The translations under genes were made by a program, and so were the position numbers. From Laetmonice hystrix (taxonomy: Eukaryota), in contig OZ249436.1 in the NCBI GenBank assembly GCA_965235115.1, positions 40,054,001-40,118,000 on the forward strand: a stretch of DNA of 64,000 nucleotides, read 5' to 3'. Shown piece by piece: positions 1 to 9,957 of the stretch; within the stretch, counting starts at the first letter, position 1, and each line of letters starts with the position of its first letter. The notes under the pieces were generated by a model that saw only the letters and a list, made by a program, of their open reading frames with translations, did no database searches and had not been told where the DNA came from.

Positions 1-199
1 GTGGATGATTGTTTTTTACATGGTTATGAGGTGCAGGTTTGCTTACCAAATTTTGCAAGAATCACGAGTAAAAAGATGGCGTTTGGGGTAAATCTGGTAA
101 GATTACATATTTCTGTGCAGCTAGGGTGAGACAGAACCAGTGTGATACTGGCGAAAATTCGGGATTAGGATATTATGGAGCCTGACTACTATGTCCTCG

Positions 200-1084
200 C
201 CGTGCTCGCGAGGTAGATGGGATCATGTTGGCACACATCCAACGACGGGTGGGTTTGACACGTGCATTTCTTTACGGAAAAGTCACTAAACATAACTTCT
301 GTGTCAGAGTTGCAGCGAAAACAGGGATTTGTACGCACTTGGCGAAGTCGCTCAACCGGGCCCTGGAGTATTTTGCGAAATGGCCAAGCCATGTAACAAT
401 AAGTTTCGAATCCATATAGCCAGATCCCTTTGCATTTACATGACCTTCGGGCGCAGGTGGCGTGTTCTTCATGAGGGCTTCAATCGTTTTCTGGGGAAAA
501 CAAAGCTGCGTTTATACTGTGATGTTTTTCACTCGTTCACCAACTGTTGCTTTACGGACTTGTTTTGTTCCCTTTGTGTAACCAAATTTTCCAGGCTGGA
601 CTACGTTGCTAATACCTTTTTCATCGGCATTCCACAGCCTGTCAAATATCGTGTTATCAAACTTCATGTCATCTAGGATGGTCTTATTCTTGTAAAAAAA
701 CAGTCTTGCAGAAACTTTGTTGACTCCTTCAATGCGCCCCAGGCTTGTCCCTATAGGGACACGAATGGAAAGCTGCTGTTTCAATAAAGTTTGCTAGCCA
801 GTCTTTTCCAGCCATCATTTCTCCAGCCAGAGAAAGTGTGCGGTAGGCCTGCATTCAACGAGAAGAAAAGCAAGGCGGGGAACCTCTATTGGTGTCAGGT
901 AGTACATTCTCTTTTCCATTAAAAGTGTGTAGCGTCTCAGCTCATCCTCAAATGCAGGCGGAAGTGCGGTCGGCTTTTGTCCGAGTATGATTTTCCCTGG
1001 CTTTCGGACTTTACAATCTCGGTGCCTCCTCAGCGTTTTCGCTGGAATATTTAGCTCCTTGGACACGCTTTTGACAAATGACAA
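200..1084 (-). pseudogene. Degenerate pogo/Tigger-like (CENP-B HTH + DDE-1) transposase
   Basis: Frameshifted minus-strand pieces in colinear order: HTH-like VSKELNIPAKTLRRH and LPPAFEDELRRY (815-1084), RLWNADEKG..GERVKNITV (512-784), GSGYMDSKLIVTWLGHF (272-472). These match pogo-family WNxDETG and SGWM..W..HF motifs. Boundaries approximate. Confidence 0.75.
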
Positions 1085-1555
1085 TGACCACCAGAAAGCA
1101 TGATTGTATTTATTCGATCCACACAGTATGGAATTTGAACTGATATTTTGGATAGGTCATTCCATGAGTCATGATGAGATGTCATGGTGATAAATAGACC
1201 GAGGGCCTACTTCATTTTCTTCCTCACTGAGGCAAAATCATTTTTAATTTAGTTACAAACTTGTCTTTACAAAAAGTTTGTGTTAAAATTGGTTGGGCTG
1301 TCATGTGGGCAGTGATGTAGGCAATCGGGGACCACAATCTGGGTCCCAAGTGGGGGGGGGGAGGGCACATGCGCGTTACCAATTTCGCGGGAAAGGAGTT
1401 TATTTTTGCAAAGCCCGCACCTTCGCGAATCCAAGAAAAAGGTTTCTTTTTCACGCCATTTTTTTTATTTGGGGATGTCATAGATTCGTGAATGAATTGA
1501 TATTTCGAGTCTATGCCTGAGGCCAATGAACAAAGACTTACAAGTTTAGTGTTTT

Positions 1556-2647
1556 GACTGATGGCTACTTTGTCCCGACTGTATACCATACTGCAGTATC
1601 AGTCATCTCAATGTTTACAAGCTCTTTGGAAATGAGAACTACTGGACTGTCCCAAGATCCAGTTAGTGTCCACTGGCGGATCCAGGATTTCACTAAAGGG
1701 GAGGGGGGCACAGAAAAGCAGTTCATAATTGTTTGCATTACTTATTAAAGCTCATGCTTTTGAATGAGAGTTTTAGAGGTATAGGCCTACATAATAGCTC
1801 GGGGTTTCCCTGAGATACACCGTTAGTGTTGAAATTTAAAATGAGTAGTCTATATCCGTGTATAGGCCTATAATTAGTGAAGCTAAAGGGGGGCATGTGC
1901 ACGTATATGTTTTTTTAGTCCAGTAAATATCTATAGATCCCAACGGTTGTGTTCATGTCATGTAACTCAGTCCATCGGCCTTCTTGGTATAATCACGTCT
2001 CCATGTCCTCTTTATAGGTACGTGGACAATTCGGCAAAATTAATGAGGCACCCCACTGTCATATCAAGAGATATTTTCTTCTCTATATGTTATTTGGTTC
2101 CTCATTACGTGAAAACCTTCGCTGACGTTCGATTCAAGCAAAGGTATGGAGGCTTTATTATACAGAGAAGTGATATACAGAGCCACATAATTCAGTATTG
2201 AAAGTTGGACAGATACTTCTTCTTGCTCTTGTTCTTGTTCTCGTTCTCGTTCTTCTTGTGCTTCTTGTTCTTGTTCTTCTTGTTCTTCTTGTTGTTGTTG
2301 TTCTTCTTCTTCTTCTTCTTCTTCTTCTTCTTCTTCTTCTCCTCCTTCGGCGACGGGGTAGCCTCTTTCAGTAGTTCGGAAGTCTTTCGGAAGTCGTGAC
2401 ATTTTGTTTTCAATCATCCTGAAGACCTTATTGTATATGACATTGACCACTGGTACTCCTTTTACCACGGCGGCTCGCGATCTAAACAGAATCACAGTAA
2501 TTCTATCTTCTGCAGGATTTACGAGCACTTTGTAATAATTGCTAACCGCAGGACGTGTCTCGACTGATGGCTACTTTGTCCCGACTGTATACCATACTGC
2601 AGTACCAGTCATCTCAATGTTTACAAGCTCTTTGGAAATGAGAACTA
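1556..2647 (+). repeat. 86-bp dispersed direct duplication (1556-1641 and 2562-2647)
   Basis: gactgatggctactttgtcccgactgtatacc...gaaatgagaacta occurs twice with one visible mismatch. Confidence 0.9.
2216..2348 (+). repeat. (TTC/TTG)n microsatellite
   Basis: Direct reading; it explains the poly-E/K/F ORFs. Confidence 0.95.
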
Positions 2648-2730
2648 AGTGGACTAGAGGTATAGACTTTCTTCTAATGGTCTCAGGCCACCGGATCACC
2701 GCCAAGATCGATCCATTGCTGTAGTCAGGT

Positions 2731-3563
2731 TGTTGTGGACCCACCCTGGAGAGGCGGCGGTCGTAGGTAGGAGGGAGACGGGGGGAACTTACCGTACCAT
2801 GTACCCCAGTGAAGATAAGTCAACGACGGCTGGCGGTGATGATAATTGTATTGTCAGACATGATACATGATATAGAGTATCGCGGGATACTCTACTAGCC
2901 TAGAGGCTGAACCTCATGCTAACTGACAAGACCGAGAAACCGGCTGATTACTAAGTGACTACGTCCATAAGTGTAGATGAGAGAATAAGTCGATAAGTGA
3001 AGTAGTGAATATTCGGTGCCCCTCTATATACTAAACGCCGTCCGTGTCAGCGTTCCGGCCCGGAACTCCACCCCCTCCGCTCTGCCAGCAGTGGACCCGG
3101 TGGCTGCGGTCACCGACACGGACCCACAAGATGACATCGTGTCACCGGTCGGTCAGTGTCCGGATCCCGCGGCTCCTAGTGACACCGCCCGCCCAGCTGG
3201 GGGTCCGCCATGGAGGCCAACACGGACGGAAGACGCTGGGTACGTGCCGGTGTCATCTCACCATGACAACGGTATTGATACAACCGTTATACAACTTGGG
3301 AGGTGACGGCCCGAGCGTCCCCGGATCCAGCCCGTACCCGCATCCGACTGAGGGGAACCCAATACTCCAACAACTACATGATTAAATATATACATAACAT
3401 CCAAGCCGCCCATCCTTAAGGGAATATAAACGGGAACAAGGATTCAGCTATACTAACATACAGAGATAATAAGGTTTACAGTAATGACATATAGATATAC
3501 ATATATATACGGGGGAGGCCAACTATATTAAATGTCCAGCGGCAGCGAAGCCTAGCCGCAACA
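2731..3563 (-). repeat. 3' LTR (833 bp)
   Basis: Direct repeat of 9958-10792; I see 3 substitutions and one 2-nt (AT) indel. Confidence 0.97.
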
Positions 3564-3577
3564 TACCTCCCCCCCTT
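3564..3577 (-). promoter_or_regulatory. Polypurine tract
   Basis: Minus strand AAGGGGGGGAGG-TA lies immediately before the 3' LTR TGT. Confidence 0.92.
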
Positions 3578-3623
3578 AAAGATTGAAGTCCATTCTCAAT
3601 CTATTGCATGTCCATTTTTTGAT

Positions 3624-5288
3624 CTATTCTATGGTAGAAGCCATCGCGTGTAATGACATCGGCTCGTCCACGTCCTTCTTCTCCGCGCGGCCACGTAGGT
3701 GTCGGCGGCAGCGCCACCCTAGCCCGGCCAGCGCGCCCAACAGGACCACGCCCACGACCAGGCCCACGTGCCAATGCTGAGGGGGCCCCAGGACGCCACA
3801 GGATGGTAGCGGTCTGAGGGTCAGGTCCGCCGCTGGGATCCTGACCCCACCACTCAGCCTAATGCGTTCGGGCAATTGTTCAACGATGTGCTCGGGGAGC
3901 ACTAATGTCACGTTGGGTGCCACAAAGATGTCGTAGTGGTAGGCCAGCCTGGAGTAGCGTGATGCTACCGTGGAGGTGCGTGATCCTCCCCATTCCAGCT
4001 GGCATCCTTCCGCTAGCTGCCACATCTCAACGCTGTCTACCCAAAGTTTCTCGGGGATCGTCCCCATACAATTAACTGTCACTCTGGTGAGGTTACTGGC
4101 GGAGAGCAGCCACCTGCCCTTATGAAGCCACCAAACTCCCAGTGATGCGGAAGGCGCAGCGGCCTCCATATCGCACCGGGGAGTAACCCCACTCACTAGG
4201 TCCAGTTCGCAGGACCGGCTGGTCCTCACACGCCCGTCGCACAGACGGGTAGCGCCTCCTCGACAGGAGCGCGCCTCGAACGCCTCCGTTCGCCTCACAT
4301 TGACGGCCACCAGGGGGCGCACCTGGAGCGTTATCAATGCTCCCGCCATAGCCACTGGGTACGCCGTCAATCGCCACAGTTGAAATTCCTCTACCTGGCC
4401 GGCCCAGATTTCTGCGGCCGCCACCAGGCGATCTTCCCGGTCCCACAACACCTTCACTGGCGTGAACGCGTAGTACCAGTCCAGGTGCATTACGTGCGCG
4501 TGACGCTGTAACGCACGGACGATCCCACGCAGGTGTGCCCGGGGTACGATGTACTCGGACAGCCGGCCCCCTTGTAGGTGCAGCCGCGCCACCCTGAAGT
4601 GGTCATACTGTCGAGTGTAGCCGGACGATATTGCTTCCAGCTGGTCGACCCACCGATTCAAGTCGCGCGTTAGGTACAGAGTGTTCACTCGGCCTGCAAG
4701 TGCTCGAACTCTGCCCGTCAAGCCCACTAACGTCGCTTCTAGCTGGTCCGTCTGGTTCTGCAGGAGGAGCATGTCCTGCTGGTTTTGCTGCAGGTACTGC
4801 CTTGTGGCATTGATGACACTCGCCATCACCTCCTGATTGTGGTACAATACCTGCTGCGCTGCCTCCGTAGCCTGTAGAATTTGCCGGAGTTGGTCCACCT
4901 CCGCTTGGGTGGCTGTCCCGAACAGGGCCGATGCCAGGTCACCGATGACGTTGACCAGCCCGCGACGCTGCCTGGCCCGCCCCGGAACAGTGCGGGGCTG
5001 CGCACCCCCACCCAGGTCCAATGCGGCCAGTCGCGCCTCCAAGCCGATCCGGTCCACAGCCCGCAGCATCGACGCCCGCTTCGCCATGGCCATCCTTGCC
5101 GCGGCCACCCACCTGCGCATTGGAGGAGCCTCCGGTGCGTCGATCGTAATGAACACATTCCACTTCGCAGACAGGGGCCAGACGTCCGCCAGCTTTTCCA
5201 CGGTTACCCCGTTAGGAATAGCCGTGCGGTTGACCGATGCCCCATTGGCTATGGCGCAGGCCACCAGAACGTAGAGAGGTAGCTGCAT
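3624..5288 (-). CDS. env: Envelope glycoprotein, class I fusion protein of baculovirus F / errantivirus Env type (554 aa)
   Basis: Signal peptide MQLPLYVLVACAIANG; furin site RARQRR; fusion peptide GLVNVIGDLASALFGTA; long heptad repeat; Cys-rich ectodomain; sequons NRT/NAT/NQT/NLT/NVT; TM VGLVVGVVLLGALAGLGW; basic cytoplasmic tail. Confidence 0.9.
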   Translation of the reverse strand: MQLPLYVLVACAIANGASVNRTAIPNGVTVEKLADVWPLSAKWNVFITIDAPEAPPMRRWVAAARMAMAKRASMLRAVDRIGLEARLAALDLGGGAQPRTVPGRARQRRGLVNVIGDLASALFGTATQAEVDQLRQILQATEAAQQVLYHNQEVMASVINATRQYLQQNQQDMLLLQNQTDQLEATLVGLTGRVRALAGRVNTLYLTRDLNRWVDQLEAISSGYTRQYDHFRVARLHLQGGRLSEYIVPRAHLRGIVRALQRHAHVMHLDWYYAFTPVKVLWDREDRLVAAAEIWAGQVEEFQLWRLTAYPVAMAGALITLQVRPLVAVNVRRTEAFEARSCRGGATRLCDGRVRTSRSCELDLVSGVTPRCDMEAAAPSASLGVWWLHKGRWLLSASNLTRVTVNCMGTIPEKLWVDSVEMWQLAEGCQLEWGGSRTSTVASRYSRLAYHYDIFVAPNVTLVLPEHIVEQLPERIRLSGGVRIPAADLTLRPLPSCGVLGPPQHWHVGLVVGVVLLGALAGLGWRCRRHLRGRAEKKDVDEPMSLHAMASTIE

Positions 5289-7936
5289 GATTGTCGTGCG
5301 CGCTTAGCCTGTAGTCGAGTGACAGGTCCCTCTCCCGTGGGTCTCTTAATACCACGACCGACCTCCGGGTCAGCCGTGTCCATTGGGCTGTCGTCAGCCG
5401 GAACCAACTGAGTGGTTGCTGGGGCGGGGGGAATGCGGGGCATCCGGGTTGACTGGGCGGTCAGAGGAGCCGGTCGGCTCACTTGGGCAGGCGGCTGTGT
5501 GAGCCACCTCGGCGCTCCGTGTCGTACTGGCGCCCTCGATGCCCTACTGACCCGTGGTTGAATGGTATCCCACGGTAGCTCCCGCTCAACTCGTCGTAGG
5601 TGCTGCCGGTTGTAGGACCACACCGGTCCTCCGTCCTTTGGCCGGCACCACACCACAGCTCCCCTAATGCGCGTGACCTCCCGGGGGGTGTCCCACCTAG
5701 CATCCAGCGGCGCGCGTTCGTGCGCCCGCGGGATGACGTAGTCGCCGATGCTAAGTTGGGGCGCATTAGCCCGCTGGGTCGCGTGCTGCCGGTACCTCTT
5801 CTTCGACTGCTGCGTCCTCAGCGCCGCCTGGTGGAGGGCCTCTGCCAGTCCTTCCATGTAGCACCCGCGCGCCTCTGCAACATTGTTGTCGCCCACGCCC
5901 TGCACTGCCGGGTATCGCGCGTGTCGCCCGTAGGTCAGGAAATAGGGGGAGTAGCCCGTTGTCTCCGACACTGCCTGGCGGTGGGCCAGCAGTGCCTGGG
6001 CGAGCTCCGTTTCCCACCTGGCGCTGTTGTTGTTCACCAACTTCCGGAGCATGTCCTTCAGCGTCCGGTGGAAACGCTCCACCTTTCCGTTCGTTTGAGG
6101 GTGGTAGGGTGTTGTTTTCCTCACCTCAATCCTTAGCGCGTCGAACCACTCCCGTAGTGTCCTGTTGTCAAACTCGCGGCCGTTGTCATGGACCACGATC
6201 AATGGCGTCCCATGACGGGGGACGTAGTCACGCTGCAGGCACCGTAGTACACAGTCGGCCGACTTGTTAGGCACTGGGTATGCCTCGGCCCAGCCTGTAG
6301 CATGGTCAATGATCGTGACCAGGTAGCGGTTGTTTTCCAGGGAGCACGCCAGGGGGCCTACCATATCGAGGCCCACGATTTGCCCGGGGAATTGAGCGGT
6401 TGGCATCCCCGTTGGCATAGGGCGCTCCACCTGGCCCGAGTTGACCTGGCAAGCCGGACAACGACGTAAAGCATCCCGCACGTCCATCTGCTGGCCCCTC
6501 CAGAAGTAGCACTCCCGCAACCGATGCATGGTTTTGTGGCGGCCCTGGTGACCTACCTCCTGGTGTGCCCGCTGTATGACCTTTGACCTCCACTGTCGTG
6601 GGAGGACCAACTTGGGGTAAGGTGATCCCTCGGAGGTTCGCGTGTACCAAAGCAGACCATCGTGGCGTTCGAAATCCGAACCCTCCACGTCTGCCTCCTG
6701 ATACGCCGGCATGCCCTGCTGTGCCGTCCTCACCTCCTCCCTCGGTAGGCCATCCAGGCCCCAGATGATCGTGTCGCGGGGGTCCTGCTCGCACGCCACC
6801 CATTCAGCCGTGTCGATAGCGTTAACCGACGCTGGCTCCCTAATCCTGGACAGCATGTCTGCACGGACGTTGTGTGCACCTTTCCTGTACTCGATGGGCG
6901 CGTTGTATTCTGCGATCAGTGCAGCCCACCTTTGTATTTTGGTGTTCTTCACCTCGCCCAGGAATAATGACTTCAGCGGCTTATGGTCTGTCAGGATCGT
7001 GAAGTCGGCGCCGTGCAAGTAAGGCCGCAACTTCTTGAGTGCATATACCACGGCATACGCCTCCTTCTCGATCGTTGACCACCGTAGTTCCGCTCCATGC
7101 AGCGCCTTGCTGATGTAGTGCACAGGGCGCTCGATTCCCGCTGCGTCGTCCTGTACCAATATGGCGCCCAAGGCGAACTCGCTTGCGTCCGTATAGAGTT
7201 TATATGGCCCGCCCACACGAGGGTGGGCCATTACGTCAGAGCCAGTAAGTGCCTCCTTCAGCGCATTGAACGAAGCCTGTTGATCCTCGCCCCAGATCCA
7301 GGGAGCCCGCTTCCCTAGAAGTTGGTTCAATGGAACCGCCTTGTCCGCATAGCCCGGGATCAACTGCCGGTAGTAGCCGGACATACCCAGGAACCGGCGC
7401 AGCTCCTTGACTGACTGTGGGGGGTGCAGCTGTTCAATGGCCGACACCTTTTCTGGGTCCGCCCGGATTCCGTCGCCTGAAACCAGATACCCTAAAAGTG
7501 GTATCTCCGTCTGGTTGAAGTGGCACTTGCTGGGTTTAACCACCAACCCCGCAGCGCTGAACCGAGCCAATACGTCACGCACGTGCTGCTCATGTTCCTC
7601 CTCATTGCGCGAGAAGATGACGACGTCGTCCAGGTAGACCATCGCGTAGCGCCCTAGGGCGCTTCCCAGCACGGCCTGCATAGCCCGCTGTAGCACCGCC
7701 GGGGCGTTGCTAAGCCCGAACGGCATCCTGGTGTACTCATACAGGCCATTATGTGTGACGAAGGCGGTCTTTGGTATGTCGCCCGCCGCTACCGCCACCT
7801 GGTGGTAAGCTGCGCGCATATCGATTACTGAGAAACGGGTGGCGCCCCCTAGTGTATCAAAAATGTCTTGAATTTGGGGGAGGGGGTGCGCATCTTTACG
7901 TGTGATATTGTTCAGCTTCCTGTAATCGATACAGAA
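5249..7936 (-). CDS. pol: pol: reverse transcriptase, RNase H, integrase (out of frame with the upstream protease part)
   Basis: FCIDYRKLN, MPFGLSNAP, YLDD; RNase H YTDAS..EKEAYA..TDHKPL; integrase HHCC (H..GH..CPAC), D-D-E (GLDMVG, HDNGREF, KVERFH), GYSPYFL. Confidence 0.95.
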   Translation of the reverse strand, partial: FCIDYRKLNNITRKDAHPLPQIQDIFDTLGGATRFSVIDMRAAYHQVAVAAGDIPKTAFVTHNGLYEYTRMPFGLSNAPAVLQRAMQAVLGSALGRYAMVYLDDVVIFSRNEEEHEQHVRDVLARFSAAGLVVKPSKCHFNQTEIPLLGYLVSGDGIRADPEKVSAIEQLHPPQSVKELRRFLGMSGYYRQLIPGYADKAVPLNQLLGKRAPWIWGEDQQASFNALKEALTGSDVMAHPRVGGPYKLYTDASEFALGAILVQDDAAGIERPVHYISKALHGAELRWSTIEKEAYAVVYALKKLRPYLHGADFTILTDHKPLKSLFLGEVKNTKIQRWAALIAEYNAPIEYRKGAHNVRADMLSRIREPASVNAIDTAEWVACEQDPRDTIIWGLDGLPREEVRTAQQGMPAYQEADVEGSDFERHDGLLWYTRTSEGSPYPKLVLPRQWRSKVIQRAHQEVGHQGRHKTMHRLRECYFWRGQQMDVRDALRRCPACQVNSGQVERPMPTGMPTAQFPGQIVGLDMVGPLACSLENNRYLVTIIDHATGWAEAYPVPNKSADCVLRCLQRDYVPRHGTPLIVVHDNGREFDNRTLREWFDALRIEVRKTTPYHPQTNGKVERFHRTLKDMLRKLVNNNSARWETELAQALLAHRQAVSETTGYSPYFLTYGRHARYPAVQGVGDNNVAEARGCYMEGLAEALHQAALRTQQSKKRYRQHATQRANAPQLSIGDYVIPRAHERAPLDARWDTPREVTRIRGAVVWCRPKDGGPVWSYNRQHLRRVERELPWDTIQPRVSRASRAPVRHGAPRWLTQPPAQVSRPAPLTAQSTRMPRIPPAPATTQLVPADDSPMDTADPEVGRGIKRPTGEGPVTRLQAKRARQSCSYLSTFWWPAP

Positions 7937-8627
7937 CACTTCCATCCTTCTTAGTAGCTAAACGCACCGGGGCCGCCCATGGTGATGCAGATGGCCTAAT
8001 TACCCCACTGGCCAACATGGCCTGCACCTCCCGCTCCACTATGGCGCGCTTTGTGAGGGGCAGCCGGTACGGCCTCAGCCGCACAGGCGCATGTCCCTGT
8101 GTGTCGATTGTCAGCGTAACACCATTTGCCAGCCCCAGCTGGGGGGCATGGTCACCGATTACGTCTGGGAACTCCGCCGCCCACTTGTCCGCTAGAGTGG
8201 CTATTGCGGGGGGTGGGGACATCCCCCCGTACTTCTTCAAAGCGTACCACGTACCTCCGAATTTGAGCCGCTCCCTGACGTAGTCCAGACACGCGTTAGC
8301 TGACCGCAGCGCATCGTCTCCAATAATTGCGTCAAAGGGAAGGTTTTCTGCTATAAACACTGAGACGAAAACTCCCGCAATTCCTATAATCGTCACACCT
8401 ACTGTCTTAATTTTCTGACCGGTCAGTGAGACCAGCGGCTCCTTGGCAGGAATGGCCAGTGGCTCCCGCCCGTCGTGTTTACACAGTCTCAACCAAAATT
8501 CCTTGGTAACTAGAGACCGTGCCGCTCCGCTGTCCACCAACCCGTTGATCGGCCCACACGCCGTGGGCAATGCCACCCTGGCCCGAGTGTCCCCCCTCTT
8601 GACCAGCGTGGCTAATTGGCGTTTCCC
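7937..8627 (-). CDS. pol: pol N-terminal part: aspartic protease and RT N-terminus
   Basis: LVDSGA catalytic motif, DAIIGDD, PVRLRPYRLP, SPWAAPV..KKDGS; -1 frame relative to gag. Confidence 0.93.
8572..8627 (-). promoter_or_regulatory. -1 programmed ribosomal frameshift signal (gag-pol)
   Basis: Slippery G GGA AAC (8627-8621), an 8-nt spacer, then a 12-bp stem GCCACGCTGGTC / GGCCAGGGTGGC (8612-8601 with 8583-8572). Confidence 0.85.
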
Positions 8628-9547
8628 GACCAGCGAGCCCGGCACTCACGTGCAATATGACCCGGCCGACCGCAATCATAACACACAAGCTGACCGTTAG
8701 GTGCCTTGCGTGGCTTGCCGTGGACCTCCCGCCGCGGTGGCTGAGGGGCCGGGGTGGCCGGCTGTGCCGCTGACTCTGTGCCGGTCAGCTTGGCCAGCTG
8801 CTTGGTTACCGCTCCTAATTGGCGCTGGAACCCCGCCAACTTCCGATCAAGTAGCCGACTAACCTTTTCCTCGGTGCTCTCCGTCGGTGGTTGTTGTGGC
8901 AACAGCTCCGGCGGGGGCGGGGGCAGCGCCCCCACCTCCATTGGTGTTTCGACCCGCTCCGCCGGCCCTGCCAACTGCTCTGCCCGCTCGTGCGTAGCGG
9001 CCGCCGCGTAGGCCGCCTCCAGCGTCCCTGGCCGAGCCGTGTGAATATGGGCCCTCATGTCCCTATTCCGCATCCCCGCGATGAACGTCCTTATGAGACG
9101 CTCCCCCACCACGGGTACCGCACGCTCAGCCACTGAGTAGGCCCGCTTGATAGCCACGTCAAATGCACGGCTATATTCCCGCACGTCCTGAAACGGTGCC
9201 TGACCCATCTCATCCACGCGCCGACGCAGATACTCTTGCTCGTCTTGGTCGAGATAGGTGGCCTCTATTTTCCCTCTTATCAGCTCCCAGGTGTTAGGGA
9301 TAGCCGGATTGGCCGCATCATTGGCACGGACCCAGTTCCGAATCGACGTGTCCAGGTCGCCCTTCACCAAGTAGCCGACCATGGACATAACGAGCTCGTC
9401 ATCGGAGCTCGTCCATTCTTTGGCTGACGACACGTCGTCCAGCCACTGCCGCAGTGATGCCCTATTGGTGCCATCTTGCACCCCGATATGTTTCGCATGC
9501 CTTTCGGCAAACCGCCTCTCCTGAACCTGGGCCAACCCTTCCGCCAT
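8612..9547 (-). CDS. gag: Gag (311 aa) with CCHC zinc knuckle
   Basis: aggATGg start; capsid-like QxxxxxVxEY..F region; CYDCGRPGHIAREC. Confidence 0.93.
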   Translation of the reverse strand: MAEGLAQVQERRFAERHAKHIGVQDGTNRASLRQWLDDVSSAKEWTSSDDELVMSMVGYLVKGDLDTSIRNWVRANDAANPAIPNTWELIRGKIEATYLDQDEQEYLRRRVDEMGQAPFQDVREYSRAFDVAIKRAYSVAERAVPVVGERLIRTFIAGMRNRDMRAHIHTARPGTLEAAYAAAATHERAEQLAGPAERVETPMEVGALPPPPPELLPQQPPTESTEEKVSRLLDRKLAGFQRQLGAVTKQLAKLTGTESAAQPATPAPQPPRREVHGKPRKAPNGQLVCYDCGRPGHIARECRARWSGNAN

Positions 9548-9619
9548 CCTAACTCCGTCGCGCCTTCCAAATTATGTCGACTGATCCTCGTCTTACATAA
9601 ACAACTAGCGCACTCTACC

Positions 9620-9901
9620 TTATTGTTCCTCAGGCCTGAACATAACCGGGTTGATCACCTGCACACCTGATTGATCCTTTGCTACCAGAACGAGCGTTGT
9701 CTGTGCGGGTAGATATACGCCAATGTAGTCCGTCCCCTCAATGGTTATAGCCAGCGTCATGACCGTGCGTCTACTGCTTCCTACCCTCCGTTGCAAACGT
9801 CTGTAGTCCGTCACAGAAACGACCAACGTGCCTCTCATGGTCGGGAGTCCGTGTACTGGACAGTCATGAGATCCAGCACCACGTGGAGTGTGTATAGCCA
9901 T
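9620..9901 (-). CDS. Small leader ORF of the retroelement (93 aa; 72 aa from the second ATG at 9838), function unknown
   Basis: Sense-strand ORF filling most of the PBS-gag leader; both ATGs have a purine at -3; no recognised homology. Confidence 0.45.
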   Translation of the reverse strand: MAIHTPRGAGSHDCPVHGLPTMRGTLVVSVTDYRRLQRRVGSSRRTVMTLAITIEGTDYIGVYLPAQTTLVLVAKDQSGVQVINPVMFRPEEQ

Positions 9902-9934
9902 ACTGCAGCGCCACGCAGTGCCGTCAAAAAGACT

Positions 9935-9952
9935 GTCCCATCGCGGTCACCA
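9935..9952 (-). promoter_or_regulatory. Primer binding site, 18 nt, probably tRNA-Arg (CCG/UCG type)
   Basis: Plus strand GTCCCATCGCGGTCACCA has the form of tRNA positions 59-76; CGCGGTC pairs with a GACCGCG 5' end as in metazoan tRNA-Arg; 5-nt spacer to the LTR. Confidence 0.85.
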
Positions 9953-9957
9953 AATAA

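Noticed and set aside
2064..2528. Poly-Glu, poly-Lys and poly-Phe ORFs
   Set aside because: Translations of the (TTC)n microsatellite
3016..3385. Duplicated ORFs at 3016-3385 and 10243-10612
   Set aside because: Antisense frames inside the LTRs with non-ATG starts; duplicated only because the LTRs are
9935..9952. tRNA-like sequence ending in CCA
   Set aside because: Only the 3' 18 nt are present; it is the retroelement PBS, not a tRNA gene
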